Below, piece after piece: positions 20,421 to 32,791 of a stretch of 64,000 nucleotides of DNA. Positions within the stretch are counted from its first letter, which is position 1. Every line of letters starts with the position of its first letter. This DNA is from Scyliorhinus canicula (taxonomy: Eukaryota). Made by a program: the position numbers and the translations under genes. A model generated the notes under the pieces. The model saw only the letters and a list, made by a program, of their open reading frames with translations. It made no database searches and was not told the origin of the DNA. Location of the stretch: the NCBI RefSeq assembly GCF_902713615.1, contig NC_052162.1:114880742-114944741 (forward strand), written 5' to 3'.

Positions 20421-21529
20421 TAATTTTTAGAATTAGTCCCTAAACAGGGCGGCACAGCGGCACAGTAGTTAGCACTGCTGCCTCACGGTGCTGAGGACCC
20501 AGGTTCAATCCGGCCCCAGGTGACTGTCCATGTGGAGTTTGCACATTCTCCCCGTGTATGCATAGGTCTGACCCCAACAACCCAACGATGTGAAGGGTAG
20601 GTGGTTTGGCCACGTTAAATTGACCCTTAATTGGGAATTTTCTTAAACAAAAATTATAAACAACCAATTAGTCTCCAAACTGAGCCCACTAACGAAAATC
20701 ATGAATAAAGACTGAGTCTTGATTTTGGACAACAATCATGTCTTTCTCTCCATTTCAAATCCCTGTGAAAATCCAAACACAGTGTATCGTAAATCATTAG
20801 ATTTAAAACAGAACGAGTTGTTGTTATTTGGGATTTGCTGCCTGACAAAGGTACAGAAACTTTACAGATCCTGTAGGAAAATAAACTTGCTGGGCGATGG
20901 GACTATGTAAAGAATCTGTAAAGTTCCCTTTTGAAAGTTACAGTTGAATTTACTTCCTGCACCTTTGTCAGGCAGCGAATCCCAAATAACAACAACTTGT
21001 TCTGTTTTAAATCTAATAATTTCACAATATGCTGTGCAGAGAGCACCGGAGACCATTCTGCCCATTAGATTTAAAACGGAACGAGTTGTTGTGAGTTAGG
21101 ATTCAAAATAAACTTGGAAATAAATCAGGAAAATAAACTTACAGGGCCGTGGAATTAATTAGATAATTAATCCAAAGAGCTAGCAGGGTAACAATGGGCA
21201 GAATGGTCTCCTGTGCTCTCTGAACGTCATTTACATTTGAAGAAAGTGGGAAATATCTGGAACCCACTTCTGTCGAACGGGATAGAAGCAGAGATGATGG
21301 AATGTTTCCCAAAGGAAATTGGATGGGTACTTGAGGGAAATAAACCGACAGGGATACGGGGATAGAACAGGGAAATGGTTTCATGGAATTAATATAGAAT
21401 TTACAGTGCAGAAGGAGGCCATTTGGCCCATCGAGTCTTGGAAAGAGCACCATACCCAAGGTCAACACCTCCACCCTATAACCCAGTAACCCCACCCAAC
21501 ACTAAATTTGATGTTTGATCTGCAGAGAT

Positions 21530-24500
21530 CTACAGATTTTTAAATACCAATAACACAAAGGGATATGGGGATAGTGTGGGGGGAAAAGGCATTGAAGTGG
21601 ATGATCAGCCATGATCGTATTGAATGGTGGAGCAGGCTCGACGGGCTGAATGGCCAACTCCTGTTCCTATGTTCCAATGATACAAAGATAGGTAGGAAAG
21701 TAAATTGTGAAGAGGACATAAGGAGGTTAAAAAGGTATATTTGAAATGAGTGGAATAAGATCTGTCAAGTGGGTAATAATGTGGGAAAATGTGAAATTGT
21801 TAATTTTGGCAGGAAGAATGAAAAAGCTTATTATCTAAATGGTGAGAGATTGCAGAGCTCTGAGATTCAGAGGGATATGGGTGTCCAACAGTATGAATCA
21901 CAAAAGACGAGTATACAGGTACAGCAAGTAATTCGGAAAGCTGATAGAATGTTATTGTTTATTGTGGGGGAATTGAATACAAAAGTAGGGAGGTTATGCT
22001 TCAGTTATACAGGACATTGGTGAGACCACATCTGGAGCACTGTGTACAGTATTGCTCTCATTTAAGGAATTATGTCAATGTGTTGGAAGCAGTTCAGAGA
22101 AGGTTTACTGGACTCATACCTGGAATTGGAGGCTGGTCTTATGAGGAATGATTGGACAGGCTGGGCTTGTGTCCGATGGAGTTTAGGTGACTTGATTGAA
22201 TCGTATAAGATCCTGAGGGGCCTTGACAGGGTGGATGTGGAAAGGATATTTCCTCTTGTGGAAGAATCTAGAAATTGGAGTCACTTTAAAAGTAATAACT
22301 TGCCCATTTAAGGCAGAGGAGATGTTTATTCTCTGAGGGTTGGGAGTCTTTGGAACTCTCTTCCTCAAAGGGCGGTGAAAACAGAGTCTTTGAATATTTT
22401 GAAGGCAGTTCATCAAGGGGGTGAAGGTTATCAGGGAGGGGGGTCGGCAGGAATACCACAAGAAATAGGAACAGGAATTGACCATTCAGCCCTTTGAGCC
22501 TGCCCTATCATTCAATCACAGCTGATCCAACATTTGTCTTGTCCACTTTCCTGCCCTTTCCCTGTAATGCTTGATTCTCTCGCTGATCAAGAATCTACCT
22601 CAGCCTTAAATATAGACAAGGACTCTGTCCCCACAGCTCTCAGTTCCAAAGACTCAGAACCCTCAGTGAAGAAATGTCTCCGTATCTCAGTCTTAATAGA
22701 CACCTCTTTATTCTGAGACTTTATTCTGGTTCAAAGCTGCAGCAAGACTTCCCGATTCTTATACTCCAACCCCCTTGGAATCAGGGCCAACATTCCATTA
22801 GCTTCCTGATTACCTGCTGCACCTGTCTGCTAGCTTTCTGTGTTTCCTGCACGAGTTCCCCCGAGTCCCTTTGTGTTGCAGCTTTCTGCAGTTTTTCTCC
22901 ATTTAAATAATACTGTTCTTTTGTTCTCCCTTCCAAAATGAACTTCACATTTTCCCACATTATGCTCCATTTTCCAACTTTTTGTCCACTTACTTAACCT
23001 CTCAATATCTCATTGCAAACTGTTTGTATCCTTCTCGCAACTTGTCTATGTGGAGTTGAGGTTACAATCAGATCAGCCGGGAACTTATTGAATGGTGCAG
23101 CAGGCTCGAGGGGCCGAATGGTCTACTCCTGCTCCTAAGCCGTATGTTGGCACGTTCGCCATAACATTGTTTTCTTTAAATTTAGAGTACCCAATTAATT
23201 TTCTCCAATTAAGAGGTAATTTAGTGTGGCCAATCCACTTAACCTGCACATCTTTTTGGGTTATGGGGGTGAGACCCACGCAAACACGGGGAGCCGGGAT
23301 CAAACCTGGGACCTCAGCGCCGTGAGGCAGCAGTCCTAACCACTGCGCCAACGTGCTGCTCTGCATCCATCATAATTGATTGTAGCATTTTCCCTCCTAC
23401 TGATATCAGGCTAATGGGTCTGTTGTTCCCCATTTTCTCTCGCTCTCCTTAAATAGTGGGGTTACATTTACCACCTTCCAATCTGCAGGAACCATTCCAG
23501 AATCTATAGAATTTTGAAAGATGATCACCAATGTATCCACTATCTCTCCAGCCGCCTCTTTCAACACTCTGGGATGCAGAGCATCAGCTTCTGGGGATTT
23601 ATTAACTTTCAACCACATTAATTTCTCCAGTGCTACTTTCTCACCAATACTAATCTCTTTAAGTTCCTCATGCTCACTAATTCCTTGGTTCTCTCATGTT
23701 TTGGGGACAATTTCTGTATCTTCCTCTGTGAAGACAGACACACATTGTTTAGTTTCTCTGCCATTTCCTTATTCCCCATTATAAACTCTCCTGTCTCTGC
23801 CTGGAATGGACCCACATTGGTCTTTGCTAATCATATAATTTTATAGAATTTTACAGTTCAGGAGGCCATTCGGCCCATCGAGTCTGCACCAGCCCTTGGA
23901 AAGAGCACCTCCTTAAATAGTGGGGTTACATTTACCACCTTCCAATCTGCAGGAACCATTCCAGAATCTATAGAATTTTGAAAGATGATCACCAATGTAT
24001 CCACTATCTCTACAGCCGCCTCTTTCAACACTCTGGGATGTACAGCATCAGCTTTTGGGGATTTATTAACTTTGAACCACATTAATTTCTCCAGTGTCAC
24101 TTTTTCACGAATACTAATCTCTTTCAGTTCCTCATGCTCACTAGTCCCCTTGGTTCTTTAGAGTGTTTTTAGGGCAATTTCTGTATCTTCCTCCGTGGAC
24201 AGACACACGTTGTTTAGTTTCTCTGCCATTTCCTTATTCCCCATTATAAACTCTCCTGTCTCTGCCTGGGATGGACCCACATTGGTCTTTGCTAATCTTT
24301 TCCTTTTCGCATTCCGATAGGAGCTTTTCCTGTCGTTTTTGTTTTTCTCGCCTGTTTGCTCTCATATTCTATTTTCTCTTCATTAGTTTCTTGGTCCTCC
24401 TTTGCTGAATTCTAAATCAATTCCCAATCCTCAGCATTGCTACTATTTTGGCCACTTTATGAGCCTCTTCCTTGGATCTAATGGAATCTTTAGATTTTCT

Positions 24501-24850
24501 TGTTAGCTACGGTTGCATCACCTTTCCTGTTGGATTTTTGATTCTTAACGGAATCTATATCTGAGTAGCTGTGAAAATGAACAAAATGCAGTGCTGGATA
24601 TAACTGAGAGCAGAAACAATAACAGAAGCCAACTCCTGCCATCAATTGTGAACCTTTTGTTGTCTCAGTAGGTGGGAAGAATTACTGCATCACTGTTCCT
24701 GTGGATTTTTGTTCCTGAAAGGAATGTGTTTTTGTTGCAAATATGTAATAAATCCTTAAATGCTGGCAGATGTCTGTTTATTGTCTAACCTTTTATTGCA
24801 ATTTCCCAATCTCCCACAGACAACCTGTCCCTCATACCTCAACAGTTTCC
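21530..24850. mobile_element. Cluster of CR1 fragments in both orientations with nested SINEs
   Basis: NVGKCEIVNFGRKN (+); KSPEADALHPRVLKE..VPADWKVVNVTPLFK (-) present twice. Confidence 0.8.
24570..24690 (-). pseudogene. Duplicated ZNF terminal finger + 3' UTR remnant
   Basis: Minus strand reads ..SHLLRQQKVHN* followed by the family 3' UTR signature (CTGTTATTGTTTCTGCTCTCAGTTA..GCATTTTGTTCAT). Confidence 0.6.
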
Positions 24851-25319
24851 TTCTTTGAGAAACACGCAGAACAATTAAACAAAGAACCATGTAACCGTTA
24901 TAGCCCATCTTCATGGCAACGTGGCATGCTTTAGGAGGTTCCAAACAGAAATGGGAACTAAATATCTTCCAACTTCCAACATACTTCCATTCTGTGACCC
25001 TTGTGAAATTGGAAACCACGTATTCGCAACAAAGCTCAAAGAGCAACAGCCCACTGGAGGAAACGTTGCGAGACCAGTCGTTCCAGCAGAAAGAAACCCC
25101 GACCATCCATATTGACCAATTGACAGGATGAATAAATTGCAGTTCCGAATGTAATTGAGAGCAGAAACAACAACAGCAGAATCCAATCCCTGCAATCAAT
25201 TGTGAACTTGTTGGTGTCTCAGTAGTTGCGATGAAGCACAAAATGTGTTCCCACATTGAGAGCAGATGAACGGCGTCTCCCCTCTGGGAACTCGCCGGTG
25301 TCTCCACAGGTGAGATGGA

Positions 25320-26372
25320 TCACTCAATGCCTCCGCTAATCGGAGCAGGTGAATGGCCTCTCCCCGTGTGAACTCGCTGATGTCTCTGCAGGCTGGATGA
25401 ATGTCGGAATCCTTTCCCACAATGAGAGCAGGTGACTGGCTTCTGCCCAGTGTGAATTCGCTGGTGACTCTTCAAGTGGGATAACTGAGTGAATCCCTTC
25501 TCACACTGAGAGCAGATGAACGGCTTCTCCCCAGTGTGAAATCGCTCATGTCTCCACAGGGTGGATGAATGTCTGAATCCCTTCCCACACTGAGAACAGA
25601 TGAACGGCCTCTCCCCTGTGTGAACGCGCTGGTGTATCTTCAGGCTGGATAACTGAGCGAATCCCTTCCCACACTGAGAGCAGGTGAACGGCCTCTCCCC
25701 AGTGTGAATTCGCTGGTGTGTCCGCAGGGTGGATAAATCTCTGAATTCCTTCCCACACTGAGAGCAGGTGAACGGTCTCTCCCCAGTGTGAACTCGCTGG
25801 TGTGCCTGCAGGTGGGGTGCCTGAGTAAATCCTTTCCCACACTGAGAGCAGGTGAATGGCTTCTCCCCAGTGTGAATTCGCTGATGTGACTTCAGGCTAA
25901 ATAACGCAGTGAATTCCTTCCCACACTGAGAGCAGGTGAATGGCTTCTCCCCGGTGTGAACCCGCTGGTGTGTCTTCAGGTTGGATACCTGAGTGAATCC
26001 CTTCCCACACTGAGAGCAGGTGAATGGCTTTTTCCCAGTGTGAACTCGTTGGTGTGACTTCAGGCTAGATAACACAGTGAATCCCTTCTCACACTGAGAG
26101 CAGGTGAACGGTCTCTCCCCAGTATGAATTCGCTGATGTGACTTCAGGGTGGATGAATGTCTGAATCCCTTCTTACACTGAGAGCAGGTAAACGGCTTCT
26201 CCACAGTGTGAACTCTTTCATGTGACTTCAGGCCGGATAATTCAGTGAATCCCTTCCCACACACAGTGCAGGTAAATGGCCTCTCCCCAGTGTGACTGCG
26301 TCGATGAATCTCCAGCTTAGATCGGACTCTGAATCTCTTCCCACAGACTTCACATTTCCACGGTTTCTCCAT
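25320..26372 (-). CDS. C2H2 zinc-finger protein ZNF-2, 12 fingers; a frameshift near 25365 removes two terminal fingers
   Basis: ORF 25320-26408, start aacATGG at 26372 ([10 protein letters not shown]); remnant fingers continue out of frame to HQQVHN* at 25196. Confidence 0.88.
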   Translation of the reverse strand: MEKPWKCEVCGKRFRVRSKLEIHRRSHTGERPFTCTVCGKGFTELSGLKSHERVHTVEKPFTCSQCKKGFRHSSTLKSHQRIHTGERPFTCSQCEKGFTVLSSLKSHQRVHTGKKPFTCSQCGKGFTQVSNLKTHQRVHTGEKPFTCSQCGKEFTALFSLKSHQRIHTGEKPFTCSQCGKGFTQAPHLQAHQRVHTGERPFTCSQCGKEFRDLSTLRTHQRIHTGERPFTCSQCGKGFAQLSSLKIHQRVHTGERPFICSQCGKGFRHSSTLWRHERFHTGEKPFICSQCEKGFTQLSHLKSHQRIHTGQKPVTCSHCGKGFRHSSSLQRHQRVHTGRGHSPAPISGGIE

Positions 26373-26736
26373 GTTTTGTGTCTCCGTGTATCTCTCCAGA
26401 TCAGACAATCAGTCGAAGCCTCGTCCACACACAGAACATGTGTACGGTCTCTCCCCGCTGTGAATGGTGTGATTTTTTTTTCAGGCTGTGTAACTGGTTA
26501 AAGCTCTTTCCACAGTCAGTGCTCTGGAACACTCTCACTCGGGTGTGTCTGTCTCGGTGCTTTTTCAGCCACACTGATGTTTAAAATCGTCTGAAGCGAA
26601 CGGAACAGACAAACATTTCTCCTCCCTTCTCGATTCAAAGGCCGATGATATTCAGGCCCCGATGAACCGAGCGACTCTGGCAGATCGAGATGTGACTTTT
26701 GAGATTTCTGTCTGTAATTCCTCCTCTTCTAATATC

Positions 26737-29362
26737 CTGTAAAAACAATTTACAAAAGACATCATTGTCAGTAAAGGATAGAAACTCAAAACAGACAATT
26801 TTAATTCCTCTGGAACATTTTATCCCCTCTCACTCTGCAAAGGCTGTAAATCTCCATCCCACACACTCTCCCTCCATTCTCACCCTGCTCCACAATGAGT
26901 GAAGAACTCCCTCCTCATCTCAGCTTTGTCTCCATTTTCCTGCCTGTTTTCCATAACCCTCGACTCCCTGGTCATCAGAAATCTGTCTGGTTGGGAACAA
27001 TGTGATGCGGCGCAGGAGTAGCTGCTTTCCCACAGGTTCTGATGCCACTCACCTAGAATCCATCATTTATCCTGATTGCTCGGCACTCATCTACCTGATC
27101 CTTGAATTAATATTTGTTGTCATGTCTCTGGAAGACATCGGGATTAGGAAAGGTAAGATTAAGAAATCCGTTGATAAAAGAGCGGAGGCAGATTCAGTGG
27201 GGGTGCAGCCGCCTTGTCAACATGGCGGCCTGACCCTTGGGAGATCTCTCGACCCCGCGCTCTCCGGGACTCTCTCGGAGGTGGCGAAGATGATGACTGC
27301 CAACATTCTCCGTGTTATTGACCAGAGGCTGAGTGAGCTGACTCAATATCTCTGAGCTCATGAGGCCGAGCTGCAAAACACCATGAAGAGGCTCATTGAT
27401 CCCGAGGCTGCGAGGGAGACCAGGAAAGTGTAGGATGCGGGAGGGAATATGGTCTTGGACCCGACGGGTGAGAATGGGGTGTTTCGGGACTTCTATAGCA
27501 AGCTGTACCGGTCGGAACCCCCTGCCATGGCGGAGGCAATGAGGCGGAGTTTGGAGGGGTTGGAGTTCCCGAAGGTGGAAGGGGAGCTGGTGGAGGTCCT
27601 GGGGGGCCCCAACTGCGCAGGTGGAAGCTGGTAGAAGCATCCTTCACTTTCCCGGTCTCCCTTGCAGTCTCCTGCTTCCTCAACTAGCATCCTGCACTAG
27701 CATCCTGCTCGCCTTCTCCCTGTACTCATACACCACCCCTTGTACCCTTCACCACCTTTCCCGTAGATAGAAGCCTGAAGGATCTCTGTGTCTATTCGAA
27801 ACCCCGGATATCCGTTATCCCTTCTTCGTTCCCAAATAACAGAGGTCAAGTCTATGCTTTTTGGGAAAGTTCAGTTGAACTTTGTCAGCTTGTGCTACTG
27901 GTAAACTTTATTTGTCAACACAAGATTAGATCAGATTGATTGTCTTTAGTGAATACAGTAGTTGAGTTTTCATTCAATTAAAAATTGTGGTAATTCTTCA
28001 AATTATAATACACAGTATTAAATGACTGAGTGATTTAAAAAAAGAAAGATGGCGATTTAGCCAAAGGAAGTAAAGGAAATAGGTTTCAGAAAGAGATAGA
28101 TAGAGGGACTGGAGGTGATGCAATCGGGCAAGGCCCTGGTCTGGAGGGGTACCTCATGAAATTTTCTGAGAAATTCTCAGGGGTATTGGGGACAGTGCTG
28201 GGAGGGGATTTTAACGAGGCAAGGGAGCTGGGAGTGCTCCCCCAACCTTGTCGCAGGCTTCGATCTCCCTCATTTTGAAGCGGGAAAAGTACCACGAACA
28301 ATGTGAGTCATACAGACCGATCTCCCTGCTAAATGTAGATGCCAAACTGTTGGCTAACGTCTTGGCCTCAAGGATAGAGGATTGTGTCCCTGGGGTGATA
28401 GGGGATGACTAGAGGGGTTTGTGAAGGGGAGGCATCTGGCAGCCAATATCAGGAGGCTACTGAATGTGATCGCGATACCTCCAGAGGGGCGAGAGGTAGA
28501 GGTGGTGGTCGCCATGGATGCAGAGAAGGTCTTTGATTGAGTGGAGTGCGACTATTTGTGGGAGGTTCTGGGGCGGTTTGGATTTGGACAGTGTTTTGTG
28601 GACTGGGTCCAGTTGTTATACCAGACACCAGTATCGTGTGTACAGACAAACCGAGTGAGTTCAGATTATTTGAGGGCAGCATGGTAGCATGGTGGTTATC
28701 ATAAATGCTTCACAGCTCCAGGGTCCCAGGTCCGACTCCCAGCTGGGTCACTGTCTGTGCGGAGTCTGCACGTCCTCCCCATGTGTGCGTGGGTTTCCTC
28801 CGGGTGCTCTGGTTTCCTCCCACAGTCCAAAGATGTGCGGGTTAGGTGGACTGGCCATGCTAAATTGGCCGTAGTGTCCTAAAAAGTAAGGTTAACGGGG
28901 GGGGGGGGGGTTGTTGGGTTACGGGTATAGGGTGGATACGTGGGTTTGAGTAGGGTGATCATTGCTCGACACAACATCGAGGGCCGAAGGGCCTGTTCTG
29001 TGCTGTACTGTTCTATGTTCTATTTCAGGCTGCACCGAGGTACGAGACAGGGGCGACCACTCTCCCTACTGCTGTTTGCCCTGGCTATAGAACCGTTGGT
29101 GATGGCACTGAGAGTGTCAGGGGCTAGTAGGATTGTGGACATTATGAAAGAGACCATCCTTTTAGCCAGACAAATAAATGTGTCAAGCTGAGGGAACAAA
29201 GGATGTCAATGTCTTTAAGAGAGAGAGACCTGGGACAAGCTTTCCAGAGTCTGCACCCTCCCTGGATTCGTTTCCTTTCCCTTCATTTGCTTCAAGTGAC
29301 CAATTGAAGGTGAGAATGAGAAAAGAAATGGAAAGGGGGAGAAAAGAAAGTGTTTTACTCAC
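26737..29362 (-). other. ZNF-2 intron filled with L1 fragments (27000-27640, 28090-29120) and a SINE (28673-29022)
   Basis: Minus-strand GTGAGT donor at 29362 and TTTTTACAG acceptor at 26737; L1 ORF1/ORF2 motifs in between. Confidence 0.7.
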
Positions 29363-29846
29363 AGATGTTGGAGACAGGAGGAGGTTTCAGTCTGTGTGAA
29401 GCTCTTTAGTCCCACGCTCGGATTGGCTGCTGGGCCAGAATCCTTCCGGTACTCCTTTCGTCCTATTGGTCAACACCTCAGCAGAGCGGTCAGGGGTGAG
29501 CTTGCCCTCGAACATGCCCAGCCTCTCCTCTCTCTTGGACATGCGCAGTCCCGGCCTGGGGGGAGAGGCTTCTCACTGGCCGGAGCCATCAGCCGGTTGC
29601 CTGGAAACCTTGTCTGGAGGAAGGGGAACAATAAGTGGGTCGGTCCTTCGCACTGGAACCCTAAGACGTCACCGTGGATTCCTCTGCGTGCGCAGAAAGG
29701 TTGTTGACCAAATGGAAGAGTTGCTGAACCGGAAGGACTCTCTTCCTCCATCCAATCAGCTCCCCCGTTGTCTGAATGCGGAAGCTGGTCAATGAGGAAA
29801 CCTGGGGCCCCACACAGACTGAAACCTCCTCCTGTCTCCAACCTCT
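29363..29846. promoter_or_regulatory. Bidirectional promoter with both exon 1s (ZNF-2 on -, ZNF-3 on +)
   Basis: Inverted copies of the exon-1/donor module; CCAAT-CCGGAAG-CCAAT on each side; RFX X-box GTTGCCTGGAAAC at 29596; NRF1-like ATGCGCA. Confidence 0.75.
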
Positions 29847-30879
29847 GTGAGTAAAACACTTTCTCTTCTCCCCCTTTTCATTTCTTTTCTCATTCTGACC
29901 TTCAGTTGGTCACTCGCAGGAACTGATGGAAAAGGAAGTGAATCCAGGGAGGGTGCAGATTCTGGAAAGCTTGGCCCAGGTCTCTCTCTCTCTTAAAGAC
30001 ATTGACATCCTTTGCTCCCTCAGCTTGACACATTTAGTTGTCTGGCTAAAAGGACGGTCTCTTTCCCAATGTTCACAATTAAAGGGCTGCTTTCCCCAGA
30101 AGATGGCTGACATTTAAGGAGACAATAAATTAATATCAGACAGAGATATGTCTTGTGTTGTTATATGGTACACATTAGATATATTATTTAAGGTTCTGTA
30201 AAAAAGTACATTTATTATTATTTCCAGTTATGTAATATTGTGCTATAGCTATGTTATATATTTCCAGTCATCTCTTCCCTCAGAGGGTTATTAGTCTCTG
30301 GATTTCTCTTCCACAGGGACCAGTGGGGTGTGAGGGTCATTGACTATATTCATGGATGAGGTGGACGGATATTTAATTTAGTTTTTAAACCATTGTTTAA
30401 ACAATGAGTGCAATAGAGTAACAGAAAAAATGGTGGAAAATGGGCACAGAGCAGAACAAGAGATATTGCCAACATAAATACAAGCAACACATTGCAGAAT
30501 TAATTTGGAACAGAGTTTTGAGGGACTTGAGCCTTGAGATGAAACGTCAGATCGATTGAACAACCAATTAACAGGTTAAAATAGTAAGTGGGAAAAGAGG
30601 GTAAGATTATATAAAAACAGAGGATAACAATTCAGTTTGTAAAATATGACAGACTAACCGCATATGAAAATTAATAACACAACATGGATGACATAGAACT
30701 CCTATAGCGCAGAAGGCCATTCACCCCTCAAGTCTGCAGTGAGCCTCAGAAAGAGCACTTCACTAAAGCTCACTCCGCATCTTATTCTCTTAACCCGGTG
30801 CATTGATCATGGTCAAGCCACCTAACCCGAACAGCTTGGACACTAAGGGGCAATTTAGTGTGACCAATCCACTTCAGCA

Positions 30880-32105
30880 CAGTGGAGCCACCCTTTGGCT
30901 ATGGCACCCCTCAGTTCTGCCAGGATTAATGCTCGGATAATAGAAGAAAGACGACAGATAATAAGCATATGGCACATCTACCATAACTGAGATAAGATAA
31001 TACCAGTCCCTGGAACACTTGAGGAGAAGAAGGCATTTAATCGGCACTCACAATAACAACTCCCATCAACAGGATAAAAATCAAATTCCGACAACACCAT
31101 GAGAGGGAAAGAGTTCAGATTCGAGCTAGTCTGAGCTGCAAATCATCGCTCCAATCTTTGCCCTTCAAGGACTTTGAACATAGCACATACAGTGCAGAAG
31201 GAGGCCATTCAGCCCTTCGAGTCTGCACCGACCCACTTAAGCCCTCACTTCCACCCTATCCCCGTAACCCAATAACCCCTCCTAAACTTTTTTTTAGTCA
31301 CTAAGGGCCAATTTATCATGGCCAATCCACCTAACCTGCATGTCTTTGGACTGTGGGAGGAAACTGGAGCACCCAGAGGAAACCCACGCAGACACTGGGA
31401 GAACGTATAGACTCCGCACAGACAGTGATCCAGTGGGGAATCGAACCTGGGACCCTGGCGATGTGAAGCCACAGTGCTATCCAGTTGTGCTATGGTGCTG
31501 CCCATCCGATTTAGCGAAGACCAAGGCTGTAGTCGGATTATTGAAAGACTTGTTGTCAGGTTCAATTTTCAGGGTCACAGGATAAAGCGACATAATTCAC
31601 TGTAAGGTGAGGTGGGAGTCAGGTCTCACCTGACCGTACCCGTCTCCAGGACCCTCTGGTGAACTTTCAAGTTGTAGAAGTGAATGATTACAGGCCTGGG
31701 ATGAAAACTATCCCAGGATAGTTTTCATCCCGGGAAACTTCCCCAAAGACAGGAACAATGCCCTTTCTAATTTGAAACACCCAGGCTTCACATCCAGCTG
31801 GAGAAAATGTGGCAGCCGGTCCTCGAAGAACCTAACGGGAGCCTTACCCTCCACACCTTCTGGCAGGCCGACTACTCGCATGATCTTTCTCTGACCCTCT
31901 GTTCTTCAAGTTCTCCAGGAGTCCATCACACCACTTTTCCATGGATTAAATTCTTGCCTCCGCCGACGAGGCATCTTGCTCAGTATTCAGGATTCTCTCC
32001 TTCGGATAATTGAACCTCTTCATGGTGTTTTACAGCTTGGATGAGCTCACAGATATTGAGTCAGCACACTCAGCCTCTGGTCAATAACACGGAGAATGTC
32101 GCTGA
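30880..32105 (-). mobile_element. L1 ORF1-region fragment with nested V-SINE (31178-31503) in the ZNF-3 intron
   Basis: 32015-32105 is an inverted match to 27290-27395; ORF1-like RKIMRVVGLPEGVE on the minus strand. Confidence 0.65.
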
Positions 32106-32791
32106 CATCGATAGGCCAATGATCCCACAGAATAGACAAGCAGGCTCGATGGGCCAAATGGCCGACTGAGGCTCCTATCTGTTATGATCTCTGTGCCTAG
32201 GACAGGAAGCAGTGAGAATGGATCTGTCAATCAGCCTGAATCAGCACCCTCAGGAGAATTGGGAGGGTGAATATTAGATACAGCAGAGTGAGAATGGAGG
32301 GAGAGTGTGTGGGATGGAGATTTACAGCTTTTGGGGAGTGAGAGAGGAAAAAATGTTCCAGAGAAACTAGAATTGTCTGTTCTGAATTTCTGACCTGGAC
32401 TGATAGTGATGTCTTTTGTAAATTGTTTTTGCAGGATATTAGAAGAAGAGGAATTAGAGACAGAAATCTCGAACGTCGCGTCTCAATCTGACTGAGTCTC
32501 TCAATTCCTTTGAACTGAATATCATCAGCCTTTGAATCTAGAAGGAGAAATGTTTGTCTTTTCTGTCGGCTTCAAAAGATTTTAAACATCAGTGTGACTG
32601 GAAAAGCACCGAGACACACACACCCGAGTGAGAGTGTTCCAGAGCACTGACTGTGGAAAGAGCTTTAACCAGTTACATAGCCTGAAAAAAATCACACCAT
32701 TCACAGCGGGGAGAGACCGTACACGTGTTCTGTGTGTGGACGAGGCTTCAACTGATCGACAAACCTGGAGTGACACGACGACACCCGGATC

